From: Camelus ferus
Lineage: Eukaryota
Direction of reading: 5' to 3'
Length of the DNA: 64,000 nucleotides
NCBI RefSeq assembly: GCF_009834535.1
Contig: NC_045697.1
Location: 82,276,001-82,340,000, forward strand
A program made the position numbers and the translations under genes. The first letter of the stretch is position 1, and the number at the start of each line of letters is the position of its first letter. Positions 1-12,550 of the stretch are shown piece by piece. Under the pieces are notes generated by a model. The model saw only the letters and a program-made list of their open reading frames with translations. It was not told the origin of the DNA and did no database searches.

Positions 1-1229
1 TCAGTAAAACTCAAGAAATCTTCTGTTTTATACCTGGTCACAGAGAAGAGATTTGAATTAAAGAAAGCACTTCGGGAAAAAGGAGAAAAAAGATGGTGGT
101 GTTTATTTCCTTTGTCTCACTGCAGATTAATTTTGAGCATCCTAGAGTGAAGAGTGAGGATCCCAAACTCTCTGAGCTTTATGGGAAGAACCTGTGAGTC
201 TCTAGACGGGGTGTTCAGGTCACTGCGTGTGGCCACAGTTAACACGAAACCTGCGTCCACTGAAAACTCTGTGTCCTTCGGACCTTCCAAGAGGGAAAGG
301 TCCTCAGAGCCTTGGGGGAAGCTTTTCTGGTGGTATTTTAGGATGACAGGTGAAAACTTCCGTAAGAAGCCACAGTGGCAAGTATGAGCAAGTGGAAGCT
401 GCAGTACGAGAGTAGCACGGCTTGAGGGCTGAGCTTATGGATTCACAAATGGCTGTGTGTGAAGGACTCGTCTGAGATGCCAGAATTAAGGACAGCACAC
501 TGAAGGGGAGAGTTTACGCACACCACCATCTAGGTCAGGGCCATCAAACCAAGAGTCATTTGAGTGGACAAGAGATGGAATTGCCAAGCCATTTTGAGGG
601 CCCAACTAAAATTGGAAACCATAAATCTGCCCCATCTGGAAGAGTTATGTAGTTTTCTCCAGCAAAGCTCGGGAGAGGGAAATGCTTTTGATAAGAGAGA
701 GATCCAATTTGGGAGTGTATTTAAATGAAGGCAGCAGAGAGCCAGAGAAGACAGGAATTGAAGATAAGTGTGACCTGAATGGCCAGTCATGATGATAAAT
801 TTAGCTATAAAAATAAAATCAAGAAGCAAATGATAATCTAAAAATATATGGAGGGATTTAAAGGCTAAAGTAAATGAAAAAATATATTTAGCAGAGATAA
901 GTGTTTGTTATCAGATAGAGGATTTCAAATTAATGGTTTAAAATGCAGTTCAGTTTAGGGAGATAATAAATCCTGACTGCGGCCTCAGGTGTTGTTTACT
1001 GAAGAAAAATAAAGTGAAATGTATTGCTATAGAAAAGATTAAGAAATTGTGAGGAAACTAAAGTTACTCAGGATAAGACAATTGTGGGAATAGAATAAAC
1101 CAAAGTAAGTCAGGTGTAATTCTTCTCAGAAGGCAGGAATATGCCTGCGTTAAAAAGATGTATTGATGGAGAGAAATCAACCCCAGCTCTTTTAAATAAT
1201 TCCAAAAGCCCATTCATTAACCAGTAAAA

Positions 1230-1495
1230 CTCTTCTTTCACAACATGGTGCAATTGGATAGGTGGTGGGTTGCCTTCAGGGCAGTATAGGTATCTGGGAT
1301 CCTTTCTTACCCTTGGGGTATTGACAGGATTTGCTGCATCTGCCTGGGAGAGGAGGGAAGGAAGAGTGAAGGGGATCAGATGAGATGGAGGTGGTCCATT
1401 TCAGGTCAGTTCACTTCACTGGCTAGGACACAGTTGGTCCTACATAATTACAAGAGAGCTGTGAAACTTAACAGTGGTTGTGTACTGTAAAGAAT
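1230..1495 (-). mobile_element. Old MaLR LTR remnant (MLT1J/K/L-like)
   Basis: CACTGGCTAGGACACAGTTGGTCCTACATAATTACAAGAGAGCTGTGAAACTT resembles the reverse complement of the MLT1 core (ctacatttcccagcctcccttgcagttagg..catgtgactaagttctggccaatg). Highly diverged; boundaries approximate. Confidence 0.5.
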
Positions 1496-1529
1496 ACAAT
1501 ATTATGTGTCTCCTTTACCCTCAATAGTT

Positions 1530-2220
1530 CACTTTTAATCATCAGGTATATAGGAGTTTTTCCTTACATCAAGCAATTCTGAGACATCAGTTGGGTGTTC
1601 TGAAATTCAGTTCAGTTCTGACACTATCTACCTGGAGTTAGCATCAGATTCTACAAGTTACAGGACCAGTCTCCCCATCTCTCCACTACAGAAGCCAGTT
1701 GCAAGTCTAAGTTGTTACCTGTGCTTCTGACCAGTAGGCTATAAATCAGAGATTCCCATGACCCTCTCCTTGGGTTCAATTAATTTGCTAGAGTGTTTCA
1801 CAGAATCCAACACTTACTAAAGATATTTAATTATAGATTACTGGTTTATTATAAAAGTATAAAACTCAGGAACATCCAGACAGAAGAGATGTATAGGATA
1901 AGGTATGTGGAAAGGGGCTTGGAGTTTCCATGCCCTTTCTCTGAATCATCATGTGTTCACCAACCGAGGAACTCTCGAACCAGTCTTGTTGAGTTTTTGT
2001 GGAAACTTCAGTATGTAGCTACAATTAAGTTGTTGGCCATTAGTAATTGAACTCAATCTCCAGCCCCAGTCCCCTTCCCAGAGAAGGAGGGAGTGGTGGG
2101 ACTGAGAGTTCCAAACTTTTAATCACATGGCTGGTTGCAGGGGTGTTCCAAAAGTCACCTCATTAATATAAACTCAGGTATGTTTAAAGGGCCTTGTTAT
2201 GAATAACAAAATATGCTTAT
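1530..2220 (-). mobile_element. MER21-type LTR
   Basis: Diagnostic blocks in reverse orientation to the MER21 consensus: GACATCAGTTGGGTGTTC..TTCTGACACTATCTACCTGGAGTTAGCATCAGA, GGCTATAAATCAGAGATTCCCATGACCC..AATTTGCTAGAG, and GTCACCTCATTAATATAAACTCAGG..TTGTTATGAATAACAAAA. Confidence 0.8.
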
Positions 2221-2249
2221 TGTAACTATCAACAATTATTCTAGCTAAT

Positions 2250-3365
2250 TAAATAAAATCAATGCATTTGGAAGTTGGGGCCTGATGACTATTTGTAGTA
2301 TCTGTAAACCAGGCACAATTATTATTATTTTTGTTTTAGGTCAAAAGATTATTAAAAATTCCTCATGAGTTCATAGGTATTTATGGTTAAACATTCAATT
2401 TCTGTGAGAATCTAAGAGCAAACCAGAAGTTGTTCCTTAAAAATCAGTTATCTGAAGAAGAGGGCATGGTTTTCTCCCAAACCTGAGAAGTGTGCACTAG
2501 GATATTTGTGTTAGGATTTTCCAGTGCCTTCATAGAAAAATTCTATTTTCTACGGACAATTTGAGTAAATCTGGATTAGCTGGATCAGAGGACAAGGTGC
2601 AATCTGCTGATGGCATCCTGGGATTGCTGTGGAGATTTTTCCTGCTGTGGGCTCCACTCACAGATGGAAGTGTTATGGCTTGCTTGGTAAATGGGTCAGA
2701 GTTGTATACTCAAGCATAGCATAGTTTTACCTTTAACATCTATACATTTTCTCCAAGATCTCTCACCAACTTGTTTCATCTCATCATGCTCTACATCCAT
2801 GGATCTCCAGAAACTTCACTGAGATAACAGCCTTTGAAATCCCTGGCATTTATATTATACTTTCTAGTTCATATGCATCTTGATAAGGCATTTAAAATAT
2901 GTACCAGGTTTTACTCATCAGGTCCAATTGACTTAATGTCATCAGTATTATACACAAGAATGAGACTCTGTGAAGTCCTGGTGTGTTCTGTGGAACAGCA
3001 AGATGACTGAGATCTTTGTAGACCTTTATATGGTGTAGATCAGGAGAACTGACTCTGGAGAGGCACTACTGTTTGCCAGATGAAAAAAAAAAAAAGACTC
3101 CTGGTAGGGCTTCATACAAAGAGAAACCACTTACCAGTTTCAGGAATACCAGTTGTGACAGTCTCTGTTGAATTGCTTTCTAAAACTGTAGCTGTACTGG
3201 AGTCACCACATGAATAAATTATAATAACTCATAGCCATTTCTCAAGACAGTCTCTTTTCTACATAAACCGACTGCACATTAAATGAGGATGTGATAGTCA
3301 TGACCACCCTGAATCTTTAAGTCCTTGGCAGTAGCATTAGTCTCTGTAATACCCCGAGGAATGAC
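2250..3365 (-). mobile_element. Decayed ERV-L (class III) pol: RT and RNase H/connection region
   Basis: Minus-strand translation gives ERV-L Pol-like blocks in the correct order: IPRGITETNATAKDLK (cf. IPGGIAEISATIKDLK, ~3360); VYNTDDIKSIGPDE (cf. VHYIDDIMLIGPSE, the YxDD motif, 2914-2955); SVKFLEIH (cf. SVKFLGVQW); PIYQASHNTSICEWSPQQEKSPQQ (cf. PIYQVTRKAASFEWGPEQEKALQQ); DPANP..KTMPSSSDN (cf. DPADP..KALPSSADN). Multiple stops and frameshifts. Confidence 0.85.
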
Positions 3366-3591
3366 TTACTGTACTAATAGAGTGATAGAACCAGGACATA
3401 GCTCCATTTAATCCCTTGATTTTGTAAACTCCTCTATGACTGGTTGACTATTGTTGCATTTTGATTCTGTAGAATTAGCGTCATGTCAGGGCTAATACCA
3501 AATAATCCACAAACATTTTGGTTATTTTACCAACTTCATTGCTAAGACACCCTGGCAAGTGACTTCAAGTTCCTTTAATTTTTTGTACACA

Positions 3592-3680
3592 TTTTTTTAT
3601 TCTATTGAGGTAAGGTTGGTATATAACATATTAGTTTCAAGTGTACAACACAATTCAATCTTTGTATACACTAAAAACTA
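3592..3680 (-). mobile_element. Short L1 3'-end fragment inside the ERV-L fossil
   Basis: T-rich tail followed by TATTGAGGTAAGGTTGGTATATAACATATTAGTTTCAAGTGTACAACA, an antisense laurasiatherian L1 3' UTR end. Confidence 0.65.
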
Positions 3681-3969
3681 ATTGCCGTCAAGTTCCTTTA
3701 GAAAAGGCTCGGAGAAAGATTTACAGTACAGAGTTTTGGCTGAGTAGCAGAACATTTTCTCAAGCAAAAAGGGACTCTCTTTTATTCAAAAGTTTCTGGG
3801 TTTGTGAACTGTCTCATATCTAGGAATTTTTTGAGGAGAAACATCTCTCTATTATGATTTTGATAATAATATTTGATAATTTGATATGATGATATTAAAA
3901 AATTCAAAACTTATTTAAAAGATCTAGAATTTTTCTGCTTATACCAGCCACGTAAGATTTTATAATGCC

Positions 3970-5800
3970 CATCTGTCTCAGTTCTTTAGATAGTATGATA
4001 CATAAGCCAATGACAACAATCTCCAAGTGTAAAATCATTCTGATCATGACTTTGAATATTTTTCAATTATGGTAAATATGCTCACCTGTCTCTGGCATTT
4101 AAGTGCCACCACTTGACCCATACGATCCCAGGATCCTGCCCTCATTGAATTCAGGAGACTCAGTTCAATGACAGCAATTCCCACAGTCACTTTGTCATTA
4201 AGATGATATTCTCACAGAGCTCTCAGGGATGTTAGCATTCCCCTCACTAATGTATGTTTCGCAGTTTTGCTGGTATGCTGGTGTCCAGAGTAAGGTTGTG
4301 TGTGAGCGGCTGTTACATAAGAAATTAATGCTGGTCTTTCCATCTATCTGTATCTTTAGTTATCTTTCTTTGCAGCATAGAAATAAGTTCTGACATTTCA
4401 TTTTCATTCTGTGTCATCTATCTTTGCATACAGATTTCAGTCAGTCAGCCAAACAAACTGAAAGAGACACTCTCAACATGCTTAAGCTAACACTGAATAT
4501 GGAATCTCTGATTACTGTACCATAGATACATAGCAAACAAGCTTTTCCCAATTCAACATTTCTATTCCACCCTGATCCAACTCTCTGCAGTTTTTTCCAC
4601 ACATGTTCTCCAGATTTTGCTATGTAAATTACCAACATCTTGAAATTCTTTTGGTTTGTATGGCACCTCTCCACAGGCCAAACTTTGCACTTGACCGCTT
4701 GGAGTGTACAGGACCTTGCTTCTAGAATAGAAGTAATGAGAAATGGTGGAGGTGGGTTCTGAAGAGCAGTCTCATGCACAAAAACTACTTCAGAAGAGGA
4801 AAGTCACTTAGAGGAAACTAGCACCTTGGACAGAGGAAGAAGGGCTATTTCTACTGACAAAGAAAGCTCATATAATTAAAACATTCAAGGTCCTAAGCTT
4901 CATTTGCATATTTTCAATAAATGTGTCATAGTGAAGTGCCTTTGTTGCTGTAGGTATGGGTTAAGGAATTGTTGACTGTGTAGCAGGGATGTACTGGGAG
5001 GTGAAACATCTGCTCATGTAACTTGCTTGTGCTTCTAGTACCTACCTGAGTTCAAAATTATATGTACATTTCCTATATGACTGAGTAATTTTAACCTTAT
5101 TTTTTCTTGGCTTAGTGAAGCAGCTTACACATTGCTTATTATAGAGTCTCAGGTTGCAGAGTCTCTTGAAGTGTCGTATTCATGTTTTCAGTCTTTCAGA
5201 GGAATATAACATGTCTTTTCACTAAGTAAGGTGTAATTCTCTAATTCAGGATTGCCTCAGGCTCCATGCAGTATTTTCACCAGACAAACTTTGAGTACCA
5301 TTTCCTTAGTTCCAAGTACCAATCAGCGTAGCAACTCTCTTTCAATTTATACGCTGGAAATCAGTTTTCTTTCTGTGGGCCTTACTCACAGATGTCAATA
5401 AATGAGGGATTACACTCATATGTAAAATATTTTTCTTATTAGCTTCCTTACTCTTGCACCATCAGATCTTTCCAAGTGTTACCATTCTGATTGGTGGCAT
5501 TCCTCTCCTCTCCTTCCCGATCAATGCTCCTGCTTTTATATAACATAATTAGCATGGCCATAAATTCACTCAATGTTGACTTTGAAATATAAGGAAAGTT
5601 ATACCACTTATCAAGGATCAAGGTTGTAATTTCCGTGTAAATGTATTTGTGCTCTTTTTCAGAACATCCAAACTTACCATACCATGTCAGAAGACTCATG
5701 CTTTAAGAGGAATTGATCTTTTTAAATTATCAAAAAAAGTAAGTTATCTAAACTCATAATTTTACAACGCTGTTTTTAAATAGCGAAGTATATTCTTGTT
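3970..5800 (-). mobile_element. Decayed ERV-L gag (same provirus as the pol at 2250-3365)
   Basis: Minus-strand blocks: KAGALIGKE..NGNTWKD (cf. KVRALIGKEWDPENWNGDIWED, ~5470-5540); ORF 4441-4779 QNPPPPFLITS..KSGEHVWKKLQRV..RNVELGKA (cf. QDPPPPPLFAS..KSGEQAWEWILRVWDNGGRNIKLDQA); TLVRGMLTSL..VTVGIAVIELSLLNSM..GQVVALKCQRQ (cf. LVRGAPASL..LTVGTAVTQLGNLNAM..GQVAALNRQRQ, ~4080-4260). Confidence 0.8.
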
Positions 5801-6358
5801 TTCTTCAAGTTAAAATGTATATAATCCTCATGGTAGTTCTGACAAACTCTTTCATTGGTGGGAATGTCAATAAATTATTTATAATGCAGTTGCAAGAGGT
5901 ATTTTAGTGTGGAAGGAAATCTTTTTGGGAGAAATTCAACCAGTTGAGCCTTCTGTCTTAATATCACTCTGTTAGAAGAGTCTTGAATACATGTTTTTGC
6001 CTCATAGAAAGGTGGCGTTAACAAGAGCCTTAATTAAAAGTCTGAGCAATAGTTGGCCAAAAGTGGTCTTGGGAGCGGGGGAAGTTATTCTTTTAGTTCA
6101 CAGCCCTTGGGCAAGTTATCAATATAGAAGGAAAGAGTTCCAGGGAAGTTGAAGAAAGTGGAGATATTTCAGTCCTTTAAAGACTCTTATACCCCAATCT
6201 TTAAAGTACAGTCATAGTTTGGATTTTTAACAGAAAGAAAATCATCATTTATGTCATTCCTTTAAAAGCTAACTCTGTTCCTCCTAAGATGATAGCCACT
6301 TCTTGAATCTTAACTTTGGTAGGTCTCTTTGTGATGTGAAATAAGTGAAATAAGTTTA

Positions 6359-6729
6359 TGCTATGATCTGAATGCTTGTGTCCCCCAACAAATTAAATTT
6401 CATGTATTAAAATACTAACTGCCTAGGTGATGGTATTAGTAGGAGACGGAGCCTTTGATGTTAATTAGGTCATGAGGGTGGAATCTTCATATTTGGGATT
6501 AGTGTTCTTATAAATGAGATTTCAGAGGAGACAGTTGTCCCCCTCTGCCATCTGAAGACAGAGAAAGAAGATTCCCTCCTGGGAAGTGGGCTCTCACCAG
6601 ACACTGAATGTGCCGGCACTTTGATTTTGAACTTTCTAGCCTCCAGAACAGTAAGAAATAAATAACTGTTGTTTATAAGCCATCCAGTCTATGGTATTTC
6701 TGTTATGGTAGCCCAAACAGACTAAGACA
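6359..6729 (+). mobile_element. MLT1A-type MaLR solo LTR with a perfect 5-bp TSD
   Basis: Starts TGCTATGATCTGAATGCTTGTGTCCCC and ends GCCCAAACAGACTAAGACA. Flanked by GTTTA at 6354-6358 and 6730-6734. Confidence 0.92.
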
Positions 6730-7200
6730 GTTTATATTTTAAAATATTAACCTGCATGATTTTCTTTTTCCTCTTTTTTTTTGAGAGGGAGGGGTAATTT
6801 CTGGGGCTTTCTTGGAACCCTTCACCTGAGGCTCAATGAGGGTAGAAGTCAACAAAGAGAAAGGAGAAATCACTGAGCTTTGTCTTTCAAGACAGAATTT
6901 TTCAAACTAGACTCTTGATAAATCTCCAAAGACAGTAGTCACAAATTGATTGCAAGAGTGATCTTCTTTAGAAAGAAAAGAGTTTTCTGATCTCCAGAAA
7001 TGTGCACGTAATTTTCATGAGCAAAATTTGAAGGAAAAGGGAGAGTTAATGGACTCCAAGGAGATGAAAACATTCTTTCTATACAATATAGAAACACTGT
7101 GCCAAGATTCACTGACCAATTACATTCTCATTTCCCTTAAGATTTCTTAGAATAGATACAGGTATTATTATTTTGGCTTATCAGAGTAAATGAAAAGGAG

Positions 7201-7232
7201 CCCCCCCCCCCCAACACACACACATACACAGA
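7201..7232. repeat. Poly-C followed by a (CA)n simple repeat
   Basis: C12 then AACACACACACATACACAGA. Confidence 0.85.
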
Positions 7233-9279
7233 CAAGAAATCTGCTTTTCTGTATGTTATTCACCCCAAGTCAATAAACTGGAATGACTTGGATGAGTTAT
7301 ACAAATGTAGATTACTGTTACAAAAGTAAGGAAATTTCATGTCTGTGTTCCAAGAAGTATATATATATTTCTGAAGATGAGTCTCATCAATCAACAGTTA
7401 TAATTTGAATCTCATTTAGACAGAGACATTTCAAAATGATTCTAAGGTTTTAAAGGAAGCCCATTTTTTTCTCTAAAACTTTCTAATATAAGCTAATTGC
7501 TTCATTTTCTATAAAATAGAAACATTTAGTAACTTTTGACAAAGGGGCATTCTTCGAAAATGTTAGTGTGTCTTTTATTCTGAGTATGCTCTCTCATGTG
7601 CTGTCAGCAGCCAAAAGCTATGCAGAATAAAATACACAAAGATATATAATGGGTGTTTCTAATACTACACCAGCTATCAGACAAAATAATGTGAGATAAG
7701 CCTAACCATTGGGATCAGATAATATGATGTATTTTTGAGTCATTACTTTTATTGGATTTTATCAGATCACGATGTCTTAAAAGGTACAATATTTAACTCA
7801 TAAGTAAAAGATATTTTTGATTTATGTTCACATATCAAATTTGGCATCTTATGGATATTTATTTATATCCCCTTGCTTTTTATGCATAGTAATAGGATCC
7901 CGATGTTCCCAGAGAAGCAGCGAAGTTCTGCTGTTTGGGTCTAGCCAATACAAGGTCAAAAACAAATTGATTGTCACTGATTTTTTTCTCACATAATTTA
8001 TCCACACTGTGTGTGGTATTGCAGTGGTTAAGCATCATCTCCTTTTCTGAATGATTCTATTTGATGTTCAGTAGATTGTATTTCCCCTACTGTTTTTATG
8101 TAGATCTTTATATTTTGTTTCTGTCTCTTAGAAAATTGTCTGAAAACAAATTTACTGACAAAATTGTTTGGAAATTGTTCTTCAAATGCCACTTTCCGTG
8201 CACTAGTTTCCAGTGTCATTTAAAATATAAAAATTATTTAAGAAAAAATATATTTTAAGTGTTTTTATTTTTTAAGATAAAGTTTATATTCTGTTAACTA
8301 TGCTTACATTACCTATTTAAACATGTTTTTCAGCATTTTCTGTGCATTTTTATTCTATAATTAAGGAACTTTTTTTGAGTGAAATTTTTGAGTACAATTT
8401 TAAGAATAATTTCTAACACTATTTCATTATATTGCTATAATTCAAAACAATTTTTGCTTTCGAGATTAAAGCTATAGAAAGAAGTAGGTGCAATCTCAGT
8501 GACAAGTTTAGATGTAAAAAAATGAACTAAATGCTAATAAAACATACAAAACTTAAAAGCCCCTCTCCCAGGGTTTACAAAAAAATTTTTAATAGAAGGA
8601 TAAAAAATGCTTCAGTTGCATGAAATTTGCAAAATCACCCCTGTGATCCAAGAAATTATAAATAATTGGAAGCCTTTGCTTGGAAGTGTTCACCTTTATT
8701 CAAACATCATTTTGAGCCATTTATCATTATGATCAATTTATCACATCAACTATGCTTTTTCAGTTTTATCCCTATGTTTAAATAAAATGGTCTACATTTG
8801 CTGGTGTCAGCTGTTAATTACAAAGTCACTAGAAATTAAAATGCTACTCAAGGTAATGACTCACAAAATTACTTTTTTTCCTTTATCCTTTCAGTTTGTG
8901 GCACAGTATTACCTTAGAACATATATCAATATAATTTATAGAATACACACTTTTATCATTTTCAAAATTTCAATCTCCTCTGCGTAAGGAAGATGAAGAA
9001 ACTAATATTCATTTCCTTTATTTGCAGAAGAAATAATTAAATTGATGTTTACTGAAATGTTGATTTTAAAATATCTTCTCCTTTCTTTTTTAATATTGGT
9101 TTTTTAAAATATCCCCAAAATGTAAGTTAACTTTCTGGTTATTGTTCACTTCATCATATAAAGCATAGTTTATTGAGACATATGTAATAGAATATGTCAG
9201 GTAGTAAATTGATAAAATACAAAATTCCCACTGGAACAGTCTGCTAAATTTTCTTGCTGACTTACCTCACTTTTACATA

Positions 9280-9990
9280 CAGAGCCTCAAGTTAAGAGAG
9301 TTACTGTGCTGGAGGAGGGATTAATCCCGTCTACCAAGGGGAAGTTGAACCACTCCTCCACAGTGGAGGTGAGAAGTCCTTGTCTGGACTACAGGAGATC
9401 CCTTAGAGCAGCTCTTAGTACTATTGTGCCCTGTGATTAAGGTCCATAAAAAACTACAAAAACCTAATCCAGGCAAGACTACGAATGGCAGACTCCTCCC
9501 AGATGAAGTTCAGGGTCACCCCGTCAGGTGAAAAACCATGACCAGCTGAGGCACGTGCTGAAGGCAAAGGGGATACAGAGTGGATAGTGGAATGAGGTAG
9601 TCATCAGTACCCACCACAACCACGTGGCCAGTTACAGAACTGAGGACTGTAATTGTCATGAGTACTTCCTCCTTATCTTGATATGAATCTGTGTATTTGT
9701 GTGTGTGAGCAAGTATCTTTTTTCTTTCCTCCTTTTTTCTCTTATCATGTAAAATAAGATGTATTGCGTTATTTATAGTATTTAGTATTGTTAATTTTAT
9801 GCAATTTTATTTGAGGTATGGGATATCAAGGAAAAGAGTAAATATCACTCATTTAGCTCCTCTTCTGGGAAGGGGTTTGTTCACAATTGTACCATGTGAG
9901 GCAGAATTATGACTGTTAATTGTTTTTAGTTGGAGATTAATTACAGTTTAAGGAGATAGGTATAGGTACCAACTTTACAAGGAGTAGACT
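9280..9990 (+). mobile_element. ERV-L internal 3' end: decayed dUTPase and C-terminal pol, 3' UTR, PPT
   Basis: Translation VTVLE-(frameshift)-INPVYQGEVEPLLHSGG..WTTGDPLEQLLVLLCPVIKVHKKLQKPNPGKTTNG matches ERV-L VTVLAGVIDPDYQGEIGLLLHNGG..WNTGDPLGRLLVLPCPVIKVNGKLQQPNPGRTTNG. The frame ends GGACTGTAA at 9652. PPT-like ACAAGGAGTAGAC precedes the LTR. Confidence 0.9.
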
Positions 9991-10223
9991 TATGATGACA
10001 ACTTCATATGTCAACTTGACTGAAATACAGGGTGCCCAGATATTTGGCTAAACATTTTTTCTGGGTGTGTCTGTGCTGATTTTTCTGAATAAGATTAATA
10101 TTTGAATCATTAGACTGAGTAATGCAATTTACCCTCTCCATCGTGAATTGGTATCACTCAGTCCCTTGAGGATCTGAATATATCCTATTGATTTTATTTT
10201 TCTGGAAAACTCTGGCCAATACA
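9991..10223 (+). mobile_element. MLT2-type (ERV-L) 3' LTR with an internal deletion
   Basis: MLT2 5' part (TATGTCAACTTGACTG..GGGTGCCCAGATATTTGGCTAAACAT) is joined directly to the MLT2 3' end (TATCCTATTG..TCTGGAAAACTCTGGCCAATACA). Only ~233 bp. Confidence 0.85.
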
Positions 10224-10859
10224 TTGGCCTAAATTTATATTCAAAGTTTTCTTACAGCTCTAAGATAGCATAATTTGAGGATTATATAAATATAACAAAA
10301 TTAAAATATAGTAACAACTAGATAAAAGGGAATGACCAAAGTTGAAATGAATTAGTGAGAGATGAACTCTGGTTCTTTTGTCAAATCTCTTCTACAATGT
10401 ATAATCCACACTCTAACCCTAGGTGTAATACTTCAAACACAATTCTTATATTTTCCCAGTTTTTACTTGCCACAATGGAAAGTGCAATGTTACATCACAT
10501 TCTATCTCTAAAGTATCTCAAATTGTACTTTCTGTTGCTACCAAATATTTGTATACGTTGTCCTTGTCTGCTATTTCTAACAATTTGAATAATAATTATG
10601 GTTTAACAATTTATTAGTCAAAGAATGTCAAGACCATTTTCAATTTGAGGAAGGCAATTCCTGTTGTGGACTTCAGTTTTCTTATTTCTGAAATGCATGA
10701 GGTTACCATTGCTTTCTCTGAACTCTGAGATGTGATGAATCTATAAAGAAATGAAGAAAATACTATTATAAATGTATGTTACTAAAAGAGGAGTTGTGGA
10801 TACAGGATATTAGGTAACATACTACATGTGACTGATTCAGCAGTTTGAATATGAGCGTG

Positions 10860-12550
10860 TGTGTTTGTGTGTATTCATTCTACTTGTTCTTCTCTGAACT
10901 TAATTGGATCTATGGTTTGTTGCTTGTTATTAAGTTTGGAAAATTATTAATTATTTTCATTCAAATGTTTCTCTTCTTCAGTTATCTTTCTCTTCTTTGA
11001 GATTTCAACTGCACATGTATTATTTCATTTGATATCCTCCATGGCTCTTGGATTCTCTGACTTTGGATTTTGATTGTTTTACTATTTTTTCACATCATGT
11101 TTTCTTTTCTCTAAGTTTACTGATCTATCTTCAAGTTCACTGGTTCTTTCCTTGGCCATATCAAGGCTTTTGATGAGCCCATAAAAGGCATTTTCATGAC
11201 TGCTTCTAGATTGTCCATTTCTATCATTTCTATTTGACTTTTTGTCATAGTTTCCATCTTTTTGCTAGAATCACTGGCTTGATCTTGCATTGAGTCTACC
11301 TGATGATTAGAGCTTTTAATAAGTTAATTATGGTTATTTTACATTCCCTTTCTGATGGTCTCAATATATATGTCATATCTGAGTCTGGTTCTGTTTTCTT
11401 TGTCTTTTGATAGGGTTTTGATGCCTGTTTTAAAATATTTTATGTGCCTCCTAATTATTTCTGTTCAAAATCAGACATCTTATATAGTATAGTAGAAGCA
11501 GATGTAAATGGTATCTTTGTCCTGAAATAGACAAAACTTTCTTTGTGAAAGGGCTTTACTGTGGGGATCTGAGTCAGTCTGGTCAGTAAGTGAGCTTGGT
11601 TTGGGATTTGCTGTTGCTTACCCACAGTGTATAAAAGGGTTCACATTTCTCTAAGGTCACTTGTGTTTAAGATGGAGGCTGGTTTACCACTCATTCTTTG
11701 TTTAACTCTCAATTTTATAACATTCCTTTCTGCTGTACTTCAAAATGGGCCTCTCTTGTCTCCCAATATTTGACTCTTACTTTTTAGTCCATATTTACTA
11801 GCTTTGTGGTGACAGTGGGAATTGTCCCAGTATTCTGATTCGGCCTCTGTCTTAGGTGGTTACTGTGTTCTTGTAGGGAATTCTCAGAAGTCTTTCTCCT
11901 TCCCATCTCTAGTATGGGCCAAGCATATATTCCTACCCTGTCCTAGTGGTAGAGGGTTTTTTATTTTCCTTTAACTCAATGCAGTGGATTTTCACCAGTG
12001 CTCAAAGGCAGCAGTGTTTGCTGTCCCTCTCTTAGTAGCTTAAGGTTTTGATTCAGTAAAAGAGATCAGGGAATGGATCTGGGCAGATTCTATTTCTTTA
12101 CTGTAGTCACTGCCATTCTCATTCCCAGGCACTCACCATGAAGGAATCCTTCTCTCATTTCACAGTGATATTTTACTGAGGACCTTGTCTGATTTGTGGA
12201 GAGACTCCTGCAAACTGTATGAAAATTCCCCTTGTATCTACAACCCCCAGAGGTTCTACGTTTTCTTGCTAGTGCATACTTGCCCTTTATCAGTTCATTA
12301 ACAACTGCTGCTCAGTTCTTCTTCCTGGTCTCCAGAGACACCTGCCCCAGATAAGCAGGTATTCATACCCTCTGCCTTGGTAAGCACTTGTTTTTTCCTT
12401 AAATTTCAAGTTAGTTGGTTGCTTGGTGACAGCATCTCTCTGATGGGTTTAAAGTTTGTGAATTTGAAGATGGTTTGACCATTATTGTTGCTATTATACA
12501 GTGGGAACAATGCCTTTTTCAAATTTTATATTCCAGGCAGAAACCTGGAA
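10860..12550 (-). mobile_element. Old L1 (L1M-type) 5' UTR/ORF1 remnant
   Basis: T-rich antisense ORF1 pattern (AAGTTTGGAAAATTATT..TCTATCTTCAAGTTCACTGGTTCTTTCC..CATATCTGAGTCTGGTTCTG) continuing into 5' UTR-like sequence. Confidence 0.65.

Noticed and set aside
4441..4779. 112-aa ORF as a functional (domesticated gag) gene
   Set aside because: Only partly in the gag frame, and the surrounding gag is full of stops and frameshifts.
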